Positions 9,620-18,322 of a DNA stretch of 64,000 nt are shown here, piece after piece. The position numbers and the translations under genes were made by a program. Source of the DNA: a virus (lineage: Duplodnaviria > Caudoviricetes); IMG/VR virus record IMGVR_UViG_3300031555_003442, positions 96,001-160,000 of that record, one strand, 5' to 3'. Position 1 is the stretch's first letter. Each line of letters starts with the position of its first letter. Below the pieces are notes generated by a model. It was given only the letters and a program-made list of their open reading frames with translations. It searched no databases and was not told the origin of the DNA.

Positions 9620-10135
9620 ATGGAAGAAATCATAACGAACGGCTGGAACAACATCCAGAAATATGCACCGCCGCTGAACAAGGAAATTTTCATCTTGACT
9701 GAAGATGACTTGAACCCGTCTGTGGCAATATGCCGAATGGCCCCAGCAAATAAGCTCACCTGGACGGTAAACAAGGAAGGAATGGTCCTGTGCTACGACG
9801 TTCCCTGTGGGAATTACCATTCATGCAATGGCTCGAAGATAAGGTACTGGAAAGAAATCGACCGTCCTTATGTCAAGGGCCGTCCAGAACAGGATAAAAT
9901 TCAGTCCGCAGTCGAAACGCTCCTGAAGCTCCCTGTAAAAGAACGCTATTCTCTCTTGTTCGGAACGGTCAAGGAACCTAATGTTGCCGACGCAGATGAA
10001 CATGAAGCGTACCTGAAATGCAAAGATACAGTCAGGCAGGCCGTTCATGACTATATCAAAACGGTAGGCCATGACTTGACGGACGCTGAAAAGATGTCTA
10101 TATCACACATATCCGAGTTTGCGTTGAATGCATAA
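9620..10135 (+). CDS. hypothetical protein
   Basis: GGAG RBS before ATG 9620. Confidence 0.65.
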   Translation: MEEIITNGWNNIQKYAPPLNKEIFILTEDDLNPSVAICRMAPANKLTWTVNKEGMVLCYDVPCGNYHSCNGSKIRYWKEIDRPYVKGRPEQDKIQSAVETLLKLPVKERYSLLFGTVKEPNVADADEHEAYLKCKDTVRQAVHDYIKTVGHDLTDAEKMSISHISEFALNA

Positions 10136-10403
10136 GTTAAGTATGCCCATGTGCGATATCCCAATTTCAGCAACCGTGGTGCGACTTGCACCAACCATGA
10201 AGATGATTGGGCAGAAGGTTGCAGCAAGACGCAAACAGCTGATGATAACCCAGAAGGACCTTGCCGAGATGGCAGGCGTCTCTGTACGCACGGTATCCCA
10301 GATTGAATCGGGGAAGGCAAACCCGACTGTCAATCAGCTTGGCGACATCCTTAAACAAATCGGGTTCGTAATCAGTTTGCAAGACCGTGTCGTAATCGAG
10401 TAA
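10128..10403 (+). CDS. XRE-family helix-turn-helix protein
   Basis: RRKQLMITQKDLAEMAGVSVRTVSQIESGKANPT; start codon uncertain. Confidence 0.88.
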   Translation: MHKLSMPMCDIPISATVVRLAPTMKMIGQKVAARRKQLMITQKDLAEMAGVSVRTVSQIESGKANPTVNQLGDILKQIGFVISLQDRVVIE

Positions 10404-10417
10404 TCAAAGGAGGTTGT

Positions 10418-10693
10418 ATGAGACCTGAAAACTGGGTTGAATTAGGGCAGAATGATACAGTGCAGTTCGATGTCCACTGCGTTATGAAGAAGTGCTGGGC
10501 AAACGAGTTCCTGTCCATGCTGGCAGACATGCAGCGTCTCGGCGAGATGGGCTGCAGCAGGATGAGGGGCATGTATTGCGACGGCGATGGAGACTTCCGT
10601 CCTAAGTTTAGCCACAACCTCGAAGGGTTCACCGAGACCGAGCACAGGGTAAGCAAGGCAGACCCAGACATTTGGTTCTGGGATGCGGGGTAA
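10418..10693 (+). CDS. conserved phage hypothetical protein
   Basis: GGAGG RBS; DGDGDFRPKF motif. Confidence 0.7.
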   Translation: MRPENWVELGQNDTVQFDVHCVMKKCWANEFLSMLADMQRLGEMGCSRMRGMYCDGDGDFRPKFSHNLEGFTETEHRVSKADPDIWFWDAG

Positions 10694-10697
10694 TACT

Positions 10698-11219
10698 ATG
10701 AAAGATGAACAGTATAAGGATTTTATCCAAAAGTGCCATCCTGAACTCGTAGCGGAGGCGGAATCTTTCATCAATGGCGATACGGAGGAGCCTACGCCAA
10801 AGCCGAAGAAACGTAAGAAAATGGACCGTAGCAGCTGGGAGTACATCTGCCGTTTGATGCCAAAGTTGAAGAACTTGGCACATGTCCGCATATCTGGTGG
10901 CGGAATGGGAAGAATGGATGGGTGGTATGTATATACCGTAGCTACCGTCGGATGCCGTAAGGAGAAAGTTGGCATCAGTATATGGGCGCACGATTACAAG
11001 TGTGGCAAGGATTTCCGTGAAAAGATTCCTCTTACGCCAAAGGAGCACTATCTCGAATTTTATACTAGGTTCGGCAACGCCTCCACATCGTGCTACCAGA
11101 GCATGACTAACTTGCCTGGTCATATATGCAAGGATGGGCACGGTAACGTCTATCCTACTGACATACCTCACAAGAGAAAAGAAATCTACCGATATCTTGG
11201 AATAGAGCCAAAGGAGTAA
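10698..11219 (+). CDS. hypothetical protein
   Basis: Operon spacing. Confidence 0.7.
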   Translation: MKDEQYKDFIQKCHPELVAEAESFINGDTEEPTPKPKKRKKMDRSSWEYICRLMPKLKNLAHVRISGGGMGRMDGWYVYTVATVGCRKEKVGISIWAHDYKCGKDFREKIPLTPKEHYLEFYTRFGNASTSCYQSMTNLPGHICKDGHGNVYPTDIPHKRKEIYRYLGIEPKE

Positions 11220-11221
11220 CT

Positions 11222-11539
11222 ATGGGTGTAGACTACAAATGGGGCGGAAGCGCTGGCGGAACCCGTTTTGGGCAGGAGATTGACCGTGTCGCCAAGCTAT
11301 TTGGCGGCAAACGAATCGAGGGAAGCAAGGGGCCCAATAAGTTCGGGCTTCCAGACGGGACAAACCCGTGCGTCGTGAAATTCTTCGACCACCTGTACGG
11401 ACCGCTTAGCATCGAAGAGACGAAGGAAGTCTGGAATGAATTCCAGAAGCATCCTGAAATCGAGAAAATCATGCCTGATATGTGGAACGAGTTCAAGTGC
11501 GACGCTAAGTACGGCGAAGGTTTCGAGTTGAGTTACTAG
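11222..11539 (+). CDS. hypothetical protein
   Basis: AAGGAG RBS. Confidence 0.7.
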   Translation: MGVDYKWGGSAGGTRFGQEIDRVAKLFGGKRIEGSKGPNKFGLPDGTNPCVVKFFDHLYGPLSIEETKEVWNEFQKHPEIEKIMPDMWNEFKCDAKYGEGFELSY

Positions 11540-11551
11540 GAGGTTGGTTGT

Positions 11552-11908
11552 ATGATTAAAGACAAGGAAGCGTACAGGGCAAAATGCACCGAGCTTTTGA
11601 ACAAGAAGGAAGAACTGATGGACAGCATCAGTGCTGTTGAAGCGGTCAAGGAATTGTTGGAAAAATACAATGTTCACCACTTGTCCGCATTGAAGGCGAA
11701 GCTTGAAAAGGAATATGATGATACCGAATATGCGTACGAATATCTCACCAAGGAAGAAGATGAAGTCTTTTCACAAATCACCAAGGAGTTCAGCGGCAAC
11801 CAGATTGAATGCTGGTTTGCACAGGGTTATGACATGGTGGAGTTGGTAAATGCCTACTTGCGTGGGGAGTTGGAAAAGTTCAAGGAGAAACCAAATGAGC
11901 ACGAATGA
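11552..11908 (+). CDS. hypothetical coiled-coil protein
   Basis: GGAGG RBS. Confidence 0.7.
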   Translation: MIKDKEAYRAKCTELLNKKEELMDSISAVEAVKELLEKYNVHHLSALKAKLEKEYDDTEYAYEYLTKEEDEVFSQITKEFSGNQIECWFAQGYDMVELVNAYLRGELEKFKEKPNEHE

Positions 11909-12356
11909 AAACAATGGTTGCGAACTGTTCGACGCCTACCTTACCGCAAAGAAGGCGTTGACTACACGTATCAAGAATGTTCTGGAAATCCTTGCCAAGT
12001 TCAAGGCGTTGGACGTTACTCCGTCCGAAGCTGCAGAGGCGGTCGCACAGGAAATCACACAGGTTTCCAGCCACCAGTGGAGATACAATTCAGGCCATGA
12101 AACAATCTATTGCGAACATAGTTATGGACACCGTTCGTATGGATGCTTCAAAAAGTGTACGGTGAAGATTCCTGTCAAGTACCTCAACATGAAAGACGAT
12201 GAAATCTACAAAGAGAACAGGGAAGCTGCACTTGCCGCACTGGAAGCGAAGAAGGTCGAAATTGAAGCTCAGATTGAAGAGAAGACAAAGTCGATGAGGA
12301 GCTATCTGAAAAGGATTAACTCCGAGATTGACTCTTTGAAGGAAGAGGATGAATAA
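11895..12356 (+). CDS. hypothetical protein
   Basis: AAGGAG RBS before ATG 11895. Confidence 0.7.
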   Translation: MSTNENNGCELFDAYLTAKKALTTRIKNVLEILAKFKALDVTPSEAAEAVAQEITQVSSHQWRYNSGHETIYCEHSYGHRSYGCFKKCTVKIPVKYLNMKDDEIYKENREAALAALEAKKVEIEAQIEEKTKSMRSYLKRINSEIDSLKEEDE

Positions 12357-12638
12357 ATGCAGGACCAGACGATTACATTCCACTGGCGTACATTCGAGGA
12401 GGAAACGCCGCAGTCTGGCAAGGAAATCCTTGTAAAGACCCCAGCTTCTCCCCTGTACTGGTGGACACGCACTACTGTCTTCGGCAGGCACATGCAGCTA
12501 GCTTGCCTTACATACCTCAGTAAGGCGAAGAAGGACGGACTGCTGTGGTGCTACTGCGACGAAATAGACGAACAGGCGCCACCCGATTGGGATGGCGTCT
12601 ATAACCACGGTGGACGGAGGACTGATGGAAAAGCCTAA
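12357..12638 (+). CDS. hypothetical protein
   Basis: Abuts upstream stop. Confidence 0.6.
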   Translation: MQDQTITFHWRTFEEETPQSGKEILVKTPASPLYWWTRTTVFGRHMQLACLTYLSKAKKDGLLWCYCDEIDEQAPPDWDGVYNHGGRRTDGKA

Positions 12639-12792
12639 CAAACTTGTCTGGACGGACTTGGTATCGGACGAGTTGAAAGAGATGCTTTTCAACCTGAAAT
12701 CCGACAACGGGGTTGTCCCGTTAGGAACCGTTGACAAGCTTATCCAGCTTTTCGTGAATGATATCGAACGGTTGGGTAATCAGTCTTCGTAA
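12625..12792 (+). CDS. hypothetical protein
   Basis: GGAGG RBS. Confidence 0.55.
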   Translation: MEKPNKLVWTDLVSDELKEMLFNLKSDNGVVPLGTVDKLIQLFVNDIERLGNQSS

Positions 12793-13553
12793 TCGTCGAA
12801 GAACAGGCCGTACTCCCTCATCCATGCACGGGCCCCGATTTGGTCGGCCCGTTTTTTCATTTCCTTCACGTTGAAGTTGTACACGTCCCACCAGGGGATT
12901 TCAACAAGGAGGAAACTCGACTTTGCACCCATAGCCTCTACACAGAGCTTGTAGAAGGCGTTGTCCTTGCCGTTGGTCGCCGAGGATATGATAATCTTCG
13001 TGTCCTTTCGGTTGAGAATGGTCGGGAAAATGAGGTTGACAACCTTTTCCTGATACTCGTCCTTTGCGAACGCAAAGTCGTCAAGGAACAGGTACTTGAA
13101 CATCGGTGCATCCTGCCTGCTGATGGTGCTGTAAGTCTGTGCAGATATTGCCGAGTTGTTGCCGTTGTTCCAAATCAGGTGTTCCGTTGAATTGATGAAA
13201 ACGCCATCCTTGGCCCATTCCTTCGGCAGGTTCTTTAGAGAGAAGTCTATCTTGCCCAGAAGTTCGCACGAGCGTTCCATCTTGGTCGAAACCACTGCGA
13301 TTGAAGCGTTCGGCTCGAACAGCAGCTTGTGCATGATGAACAGCGTCGCTTCAAGCGTGGAGCCAGACTGTCTCGGCTGTTTCAGAATCAGGTTTCTCTT
13401 GTCGCCGCAGATGGGCGGGAGCTGCATCAGGGTTAGAACCTTCCGCTGGTAACCCCTCGTGGACATGCGTTCTGTCCCGTGGCAGTTCTGTACATAGGTG
13501 AATTTGGCAAGGTCGAAAATGTTGTCCTTGCAGTTAAGGAATGATTTACTCAT
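12780..13553 (-). CDS. T4 gp17-like large terminase ATPase domain only, catalytically degenerate
   Basis: YQ adenine-binding motif (RGYQR), Walker A-like PRQSGST (K to S), Walker B LFLDD (DE to DD), motif III IIISSATNG, terminal WMREY; no nuclease domain. Confidence 0.8.
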   Translation of the reverse strand: MSKSFLNCKDNIFDLAKFTYVQNCHGTERMSTRGYQRKVLTLMQLPPICGDKRNLILKQPRQSGSTLEATLFIMHKLLFEPNASIAVVSTKMERSCELLGKIDFSLKNLPKEWAKDGVFINSTEHLIWNNGNNSAISAQTYSTISRQDAPMFKYLFLDDFAFAKDEYQEKVVNLIFPTILNRKDTKIIISSATNGKDNAFYKLCVEAMGAKSSFLLVEIPWWDVYNFNVKEMKKRADQIGARAWMREYGLFFDDYED

Positions 13554-13633
13554 ATTGTACCCCGTGTGTTTACCAGTAGACGGAATTGCCGACTGGCCGA
13601 AGCATAATTAAAGTATATTTTTACGGGTTTCCC

Positions 13634-13662
13634 TTGACAGAAACGGTGTTTTGAGCTATATT
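13634..13662 (+). promoter_or_regulatory. sigma70-type (early) promoter
   Basis: TTGACA-N17-TATATT. Confidence 0.75.
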
Positions 13663-13679
13663 GTCAAACGAGGTATATT

Positions 13680-14099
13680 ATGAGAATGCCTGTATTTTAC
13701 TACAGAATGAAGCACAAGTTGCTTGCGTTCATCGACCGCAACTTCACTGGCTGTGCATACTGCAACGAAAAGAAATTGTGGAAGATGTTCGGCGAAAAGT
13801 GCGTCCCGCTGGACAACTTCAATACTCTGATTGACAGCGTCCCAGTCGGAGACAGCAAGACGAAGTACGCCTGCTACTTCTACCCCAAGCAGCGCCGCAT
13901 CGAGGTTAGCCGAGTGGACGAGAACGGGAAGTACATCACGGTCGAATCCATCTTCGTACACAACTGCCCCGAATGCGGAAGGCCGTTGCCGTATACGCTA
14001 GATAGAAAGAAAAAGAAGGAAAAGGTGGTCATCGCTTCGACGCCCAAGGGCCCTAACGTGTTCTACGACATGTGGAAAAAAGAGGCCGAAACAAAATGA
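13680..14099 (+). CDS. Zn-ribbon hypothetical protein with terminase-like C-terminal peptide
   Basis: CAYC...CPEC; ends KVVIASTPKGPNVFYDMWKKE. Confidence 0.7.
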   Translation: MRMPVFYYRMKHKLLAFIDRNFTGCAYCNEKKLWKMFGEKCVPLDNFNTLIDSVPVGDSKTKYACYFYPKQRRIEVSRVDENGKYITVESIFVHNCPECGRPLPYTLDRKKKKEKVVIASTPKGPNVFYDMWKKEAETK

Positions 14100-14341
14100 G
14101 GACAAAGATTATCTATAGGGGTTCCGTCTGGCGGGACTATTACTGCGAAGTCAACTTGAAGCAGTTGAGCAAGGAACTTGCGGACGAGTTGATGGACTCT
14201 TCCGATATTTCTACTTGCCTTAATACCCATATCATCAACAAGGAGCTGACTCCTGACGATGTGGTAAAACTTATTGCCTTCCTCAAAGAGAAGGAAGTTT
14301 GGAACAATGTGGCCCGTCTGGTCGTCAATGAAGATGGTTAA
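14096..14341 (+). CDS. hypothetical protein
   Basis: ATGA overlap. Confidence 0.6.
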   Translation: MRTKIIYRGSVWRDYYCEVNLKQLSKELADELMDSSDISTCLNTHIINKELTPDDVVKLIAFLKEKEVWNNVARLVVNEDG

Positions 14342-14343
14342 AA

Positions 14344-14538
14344 ATGCGTTATAGGATAACTAAATGCCTGATGGAGAAGTACGGCCTCATGGAGTCTACC
14401 GTGAAGATTATGCTCCTAGGTCACGGCACGTTCATACAAGAGGCTGAAGAAAGCGGGATGGACCCAGAGGTGGCCGCCGAAGCCATCTATACGAAGTCTA
14501 TACGGAATGGCAAGACTTACAGCGTTAATCCGAGGTGA
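14344..14538 (+). CDS. hypothetical protein
   Basis: Operon spacing. Confidence 0.55.
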   Translation: MRYRITKCLMEKYGLMESTVKIMLLGHGTFIQEAEESGMDPEVAAEAIYTKSIRNGKTYSVNPR

Positions 14539-14540
14539 AA

Positions 14541-15089
14541 ATGAAAGAAGAACTTACTTTTGAGGATGTCTGTGCCTATATCGACCAGCTTGTCGATAAG
14601 AACGACGAGACAACGATTAGAAAGGTAGTCGACGAAGCCCAGTCGGGAATTGGCCGCATTTTTGACAACAGGATGAAAGCCCTAGAAGAGAAAAAGGAGA
14701 AGAAATTCCTGCTCATCGTCGACAGTTTCGCCCCGCTTGCCGAGTGCCTCGAATCTGGTGCCGAAATCGACGAGTATTCAAGTAACATCGCTGTCCGTGA
14801 AGTCTCACGGGAATACTTCTACGGCAATGACGAGCTGACCCCTCCCTTCGTCAATAGAACTTTCGGGGAAGGCAAGCCAGTAGACTATGACTGCATGGTG
14901 TATGCGATAGACATTCTCCGTAAGGCCACTAAGCACCCTGGCTTATATATGTATTGGAAAAACAGCGTGTGCTACTCCGACGAAGGCACCAAGTACCTTA
15001 AATCCCTATTCGAGTTCATGTACACCGTCATGGACAACGCATGCACATGTTACAGGAGTAAGAAACAGCGATATGAAGACGCAAACTAA
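14541..15089 (+). CDS. hypothetical protein
   Basis: GAGG RBS. Confidence 0.7.
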   Translation: MKEELTFEDVCAYIDQLVDKNDETTIRKVVDEAQSGIGRIFDNRMKALEEKKEKKFLLIVDSFAPLAECLESGAEIDEYSSNIAVREVSREYFYGNDELTPPFVNRTFGEGKPVDYDCMVYAIDILRKATKHPGLYMYWKNSVCYSDEGTKYLKSLFEFMYTVMDNACTCYRSKKQRYEDAN

Positions 15090-15093
15090 GCGT

Positions 15094-15570
15094 ATGAGGA
15101 TTCCCTTCTCGAAGGAAGCTCTCAGGAAAATGGTAACATTCGGACATTCCATGTACGCCACTCCCGAAAAGGCAGAAGAATGCGGCGGGTTGGAATACTG
15201 CCCGAAGCTGTTCAGGGTGTACAACGACCTTGGCGACAAGGACTATATGGAGTATGATTTCTACGGAGAACGCCCTGTCAGGGCACGATGCTATATCGAG
15301 AGTATAGCGACATGTCCACGCTCACCGCTCAACCCTGACTCTGACGACCCGTGGAAGCTCTGTGCGATAACACTCATGATGAGCATGATGGACAGCAAGT
15401 TCGATGACCTTGCCTATAAGAAATCAGAGCTGGAATCCGCCGCACTCGAACTGATAAAGGAATGTGCTGCCAAGTTCAATTACAGCCTCTCGGTATCGGA
15501 AAATCTCAAATTCAACTATTACAGGCACCGTTGGGACGTGTTCGTTCCAGGTGGACAGGATATTCAATGA
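15094..15570 (+). CDS. hypothetical protein
   Basis: Operon spacing. Confidence 0.7.
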   Translation: MRIPFSKEALRKMVTFGHSMYATPEKAEECGGLEYCPKLFRVYNDLGDKDYMEYDFYGERPVRARCYIESIATCPRSPLNPDSDDPWKLCAITLMMSMMDSKFDDLAYKKSELESAALELIKECAAKFNYSLSVSENLKFNYYRHRWDVFVPGGQDIQ

Positions 15571-15704
15571 AACCGTTTAATCCGTATCACTACGCATTGG
15601 CACTCGTATTGCCAGCAAAGCATAAGATGGTTCCGCCATCGTGCCGTATAGTTCCTATGCCGTACTCAATGAATCCATGTAAACAGTATCGCCGTGTAGG
15701 CTGA
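15567..15704 (+). CDS. small hypothetical protein
   Basis: ATGA overlap, AGGA RBS. Confidence 0.45.
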   Translation: MKPFNPYHYALALVLPAKHKMVPPSCRIVPMPYSMNPCKQYRRVG

Positions 15705-15711
15705 GGATATC

Positions 15712-16599
15712 ATGCACTTTAAACAAGAATTCAAGTTCAGGCTTGGCGACAGGGTTATCTACAAGGACCCGAACTCAGGTGAAACCGAAGAAGTCACCAT
15801 CAGGCAGAGAACCCTCAGGATAGACAAGGACGGACAGAAGGCGTCCTATGTGTGCAGGGAAGGTAACCACAAGCATGTCTCCTACTGGGATGAAATGACC
15901 GAGGAGAACCTGTCCTTTGCTGGTGAAGAACACGGAACTGACGTGGTTGATGGCGACATCCTTGACGGGCTCGGCGAACACCTCGAAATAGGTGACACCG
16001 TGTTCTATGACGTGTATTACAGTGCCAATGGAATAAGTGTCAAAGACCGTGTTCCGAACGTCGATTTTACCTTTGCAAAAGAGCTTGAAATAGACTACTT
16101 CAAGCTTGACTGGTATATCGAAGTAGGGTTCAAAGACGGTAAAGTGGTTGACAACGTGGATAAAGTGTATTACGACCAGCATGTACACGGCAAGCTGACT
16201 TTCGAGGACCTGACTGTTGGTGAGAAACGGTACGGCATGCCAAAGGGATTCCCGTTGTGTGAATGGGCTATGAGTACCCATAAGACCATCGGTGAGAACT
16301 TCGCTCAGGAGTATGTCGCAGCCCTTTCAAGACCTGGATATGCGTTGATTGGCAAAGATGATGCCAAGAAAGCGTGGGGGTCTCGGAACGAAGGTGAACA
16401 TGATTTCTATGCAATCAAGCGGTGGCTGACCCATCTGGGAAAGTTCGACGAGGTTGCAAAGCTGATGGACGAAAGGAAGTCGAAACCGAAGCCGACAAGG
16501 AAGGCCGTCAAGAAACAAAAGGATTCAAGCATTGACGACATCATGGAAAAACTGAAATCCGACCCGAAGCTGCTTGCCAAGGTCAAGAAAATGCTTTAA
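15712..16599 (+). CDS. hypothetical protein (possible SH3/KOW-like segments)
   Basis: 295-aa ORF; FRLGDRVIY and LEIGDTVFY segments. Confidence 0.75.
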   Translation: MHFKQEFKFRLGDRVIYKDPNSGETEEVTIRQRTLRIDKDGQKASYVCREGNHKHVSYWDEMTEENLSFAGEEHGTDVVDGDILDGLGEHLEIGDTVFYDVYYSANGISVKDRVPNVDFTFAKELEIDYFKLDWYIEVGFKDGKVVDNVDKVYYDQHVHGKLTFEDLTVGEKRYGMPKGFPLCEWAMSTHKTIGENFAQEYVAALSRPGYALIGKDDAKKAWGSRNEGEHDFYAIKRWLTHLGKFDEVAKLMDERKSKPKPTRKAVKKQKDSSIDDIMEKLKSDPKLLAKVKKML

Positions 16600-16610
16600 G
16601 GAGGCATCGT

Positions 16611-17037
16611 ATGGCAGAAAAGGAAGAAAAAGAAGAAAAAGGAAGTGTACAGGGAAAGACCCGACTTGGTTGAAGCCCTGAAGGGAACGTATATCCGTCC
16701 GTTCATAAAGATTGATGACTGGATTGGGCAAGAATCCGATGCTTTCGCCGAAATACGGTCGATTTCAGAAGTCGTAGGCCAGACAGCAGTGAAATTGATT
16801 CTTAGAAAGGTATCTTTTGCCAGGACTCAGAACCATACCGTAATCACCTCGGAAGACGAAACTCCATGGTGGGTGTTCAAGAAGAATGCCGATGATGAAC
16901 TGACCGTCGAGATGATACTTGCCCACAGGATTAAGGTGTCCCGTGAAGAATTCGTCGAATTTGCCAGAAAGACACTAAACCAGTCTTTACAGGTGATGGA
17001 AGACATGGGTATCTCCAAAGAGGAAATCCTTCGCTAA
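16611..17037 (+). CDS. hypothetical protein, apparently frameshifted in an A-rich 5' tract
   Basis: Strong AAGGAGG RBS and ATG at 16611 are out of frame with the 16645-17037 body. Confidence 0.5.
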
Positions 17038-17041
17038 GTCA

Positions 17042-17049
17042 TATAAACT
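17042..17049 (+). promoter_or_regulatory. putative late promoter box TATAAACT
   Basis: 28 nt upstream of the GNAT start. Confidence 0.65.
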
Positions 17050-17076
17050 TAGCAGGAGACGCTAAACCAAGACTGT

Positions 17077-17625
17077 ATGATGTTCACCAAGAAACTTATT
17101 ACCAAGGAACTCGTCGATGATGCACATCGTCTGTTCAAGCTCATATTCCCGAAAGAGAATCTGTACGAGGATGGAAGCGTAGAAAGCTGCTTCACACAGT
17201 GCCTTAAACCGCACAACGGACTGTGGCACTACTGGATTTGGTCTTTGAGCGATGTCGATTGCCCGATGGGGAAGTACATCGGCCTGTCTGGGATATACGA
17301 GGAAGAGGCTGACCCTGAAAGCGCTTGGCTTGGTTGGCTCGGTGTGTTACCAGAATACCGTCGTGAACGGTTCGGTACACGGATGCTCAATGCGTTCCAG
17401 ATGGAAGCGAGGCAAACTGGATACAAGTACGCAAGGATTTACACCAACGAAGGAAACGTGGCCGCAAGGGGCCTGTACGAATCCGCTGGGTATACCATGG
17501 AAAGGCTCGACTACAAGGCGCCAGACTATGTCCTTACGGATGGAGACGTGGTCATATACTCGTTGTCTCTGGATAAAGAAAAATGGCCGCTACGCCCTTG
17601 GGCTAGCAGACCATTGATGTTTTAA
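17077..17625 (+). CDS. GNAT acetyltransferase
   Basis: WLGWLGVLPEYRRERFGTRML (motif A) and NVAARGLYESAGY. Confidence 0.88.
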   Translation: MMFTKKLITKELVDDAHRLFKLIFPKENLYEDGSVESCFTQCLKPHNGLWHYWIWSLSDVDCPMGKYIGLSGIYEEEADPESAWLGWLGVLPEYRRERFGTRMLNAFQMEARQTGYKYARIYTNEGNVAARGLYESAGYTMERLDYKAPDYVLTDGDVVIYSLSLDKEKWPLRPWASRPLMF

Positions 17626-17637
17626 TCTGTGATAAAG

Positions 17638-18306
17638 CTAATCGTTAATTTGATTCGCAAAATACGTTAATGTATCTAAAACAAACTTGTTCAGGACTGA
17701 GCCTGCCGGGTGATTTACCATTAGTGCAAAACATTTATCATAGTCATGTAACTTAAATCTACTTATATCGTTGCTTCCTCTGTTGTCAAGATAAGTTAGT
17801 GTGGAACATGCTGGCGCTAGTGACAATATCCATGGAACTGCCATAGAATCGGCAATCACCAAAACTTTTGGACCTTGTGGATAGTCTAGTCGGGTGATAG
17901 TAGATATGCAATGGCTGTTTGCGTATATGTGATACTCTGTCGGTGGATTTACGAGATTGTATAAAATGGTTGCGTCTCCTGTTGTAGTATGTCCATTGTA
18001 CTCGCTCATTTTATATTGTCCGATTTTTGGTACGAAATACTCTATATTTTTACCATCGGCATTTATGTTTATATTTTTTGTGTTTTCATTTAACCTCAAA
18101 TCGATATGTTCATCCACACAAGCGAACTGTAAAAAACGTATTGCTTCGGTAGGCAACCAATGATGTTTTCCATTCCTTCTACTCCAGTAAAAGAAATGAC
18201 TCCAAATGCTAGTCCAATTGATTACATTTACGTTCGGATGTGCATATTTGACATAGCATTTGTGGTCTATAGATGGGGCGATGAAAAAATTGATTTTACT
18301 AATCAT
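17638..18306 (-). CDS. hypothetical protein, possibly SGNH/AlgX-like glycan-modifying
   Basis: KVLVIADSMAVPW...YLDNR; last gene of the glycan operon. Confidence 0.5.
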   Translation of the reverse strand: MISKINFFIAPSIDHKCYVKYAHPNVNVINWTSIWSHFFYWSRRNGKHHWLPTEAIRFLQFACVDEHIDLRLNENTKNININADGKNIEYFVPKIGQYKMSEYNGHTTTGDATILYNLVNPPTEYHIYANSHCISTITRLDYPQGPKVLVIADSMAVPWILSLAPACSTLTYLDNRGSNDISRFKLHDYDKCFALMVNHPAGSVLNKFVLDTLTYFANQIND

Positions 18307-18322
18307 TGGTCATGTCCTTGGC

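Noticed and set aside
12780-13553. Calling this the functional packaging terminase
   Set aside because: Catalytic residues are substituted, the nuclease domain is missing, and no portal or small terminase gene is nearby
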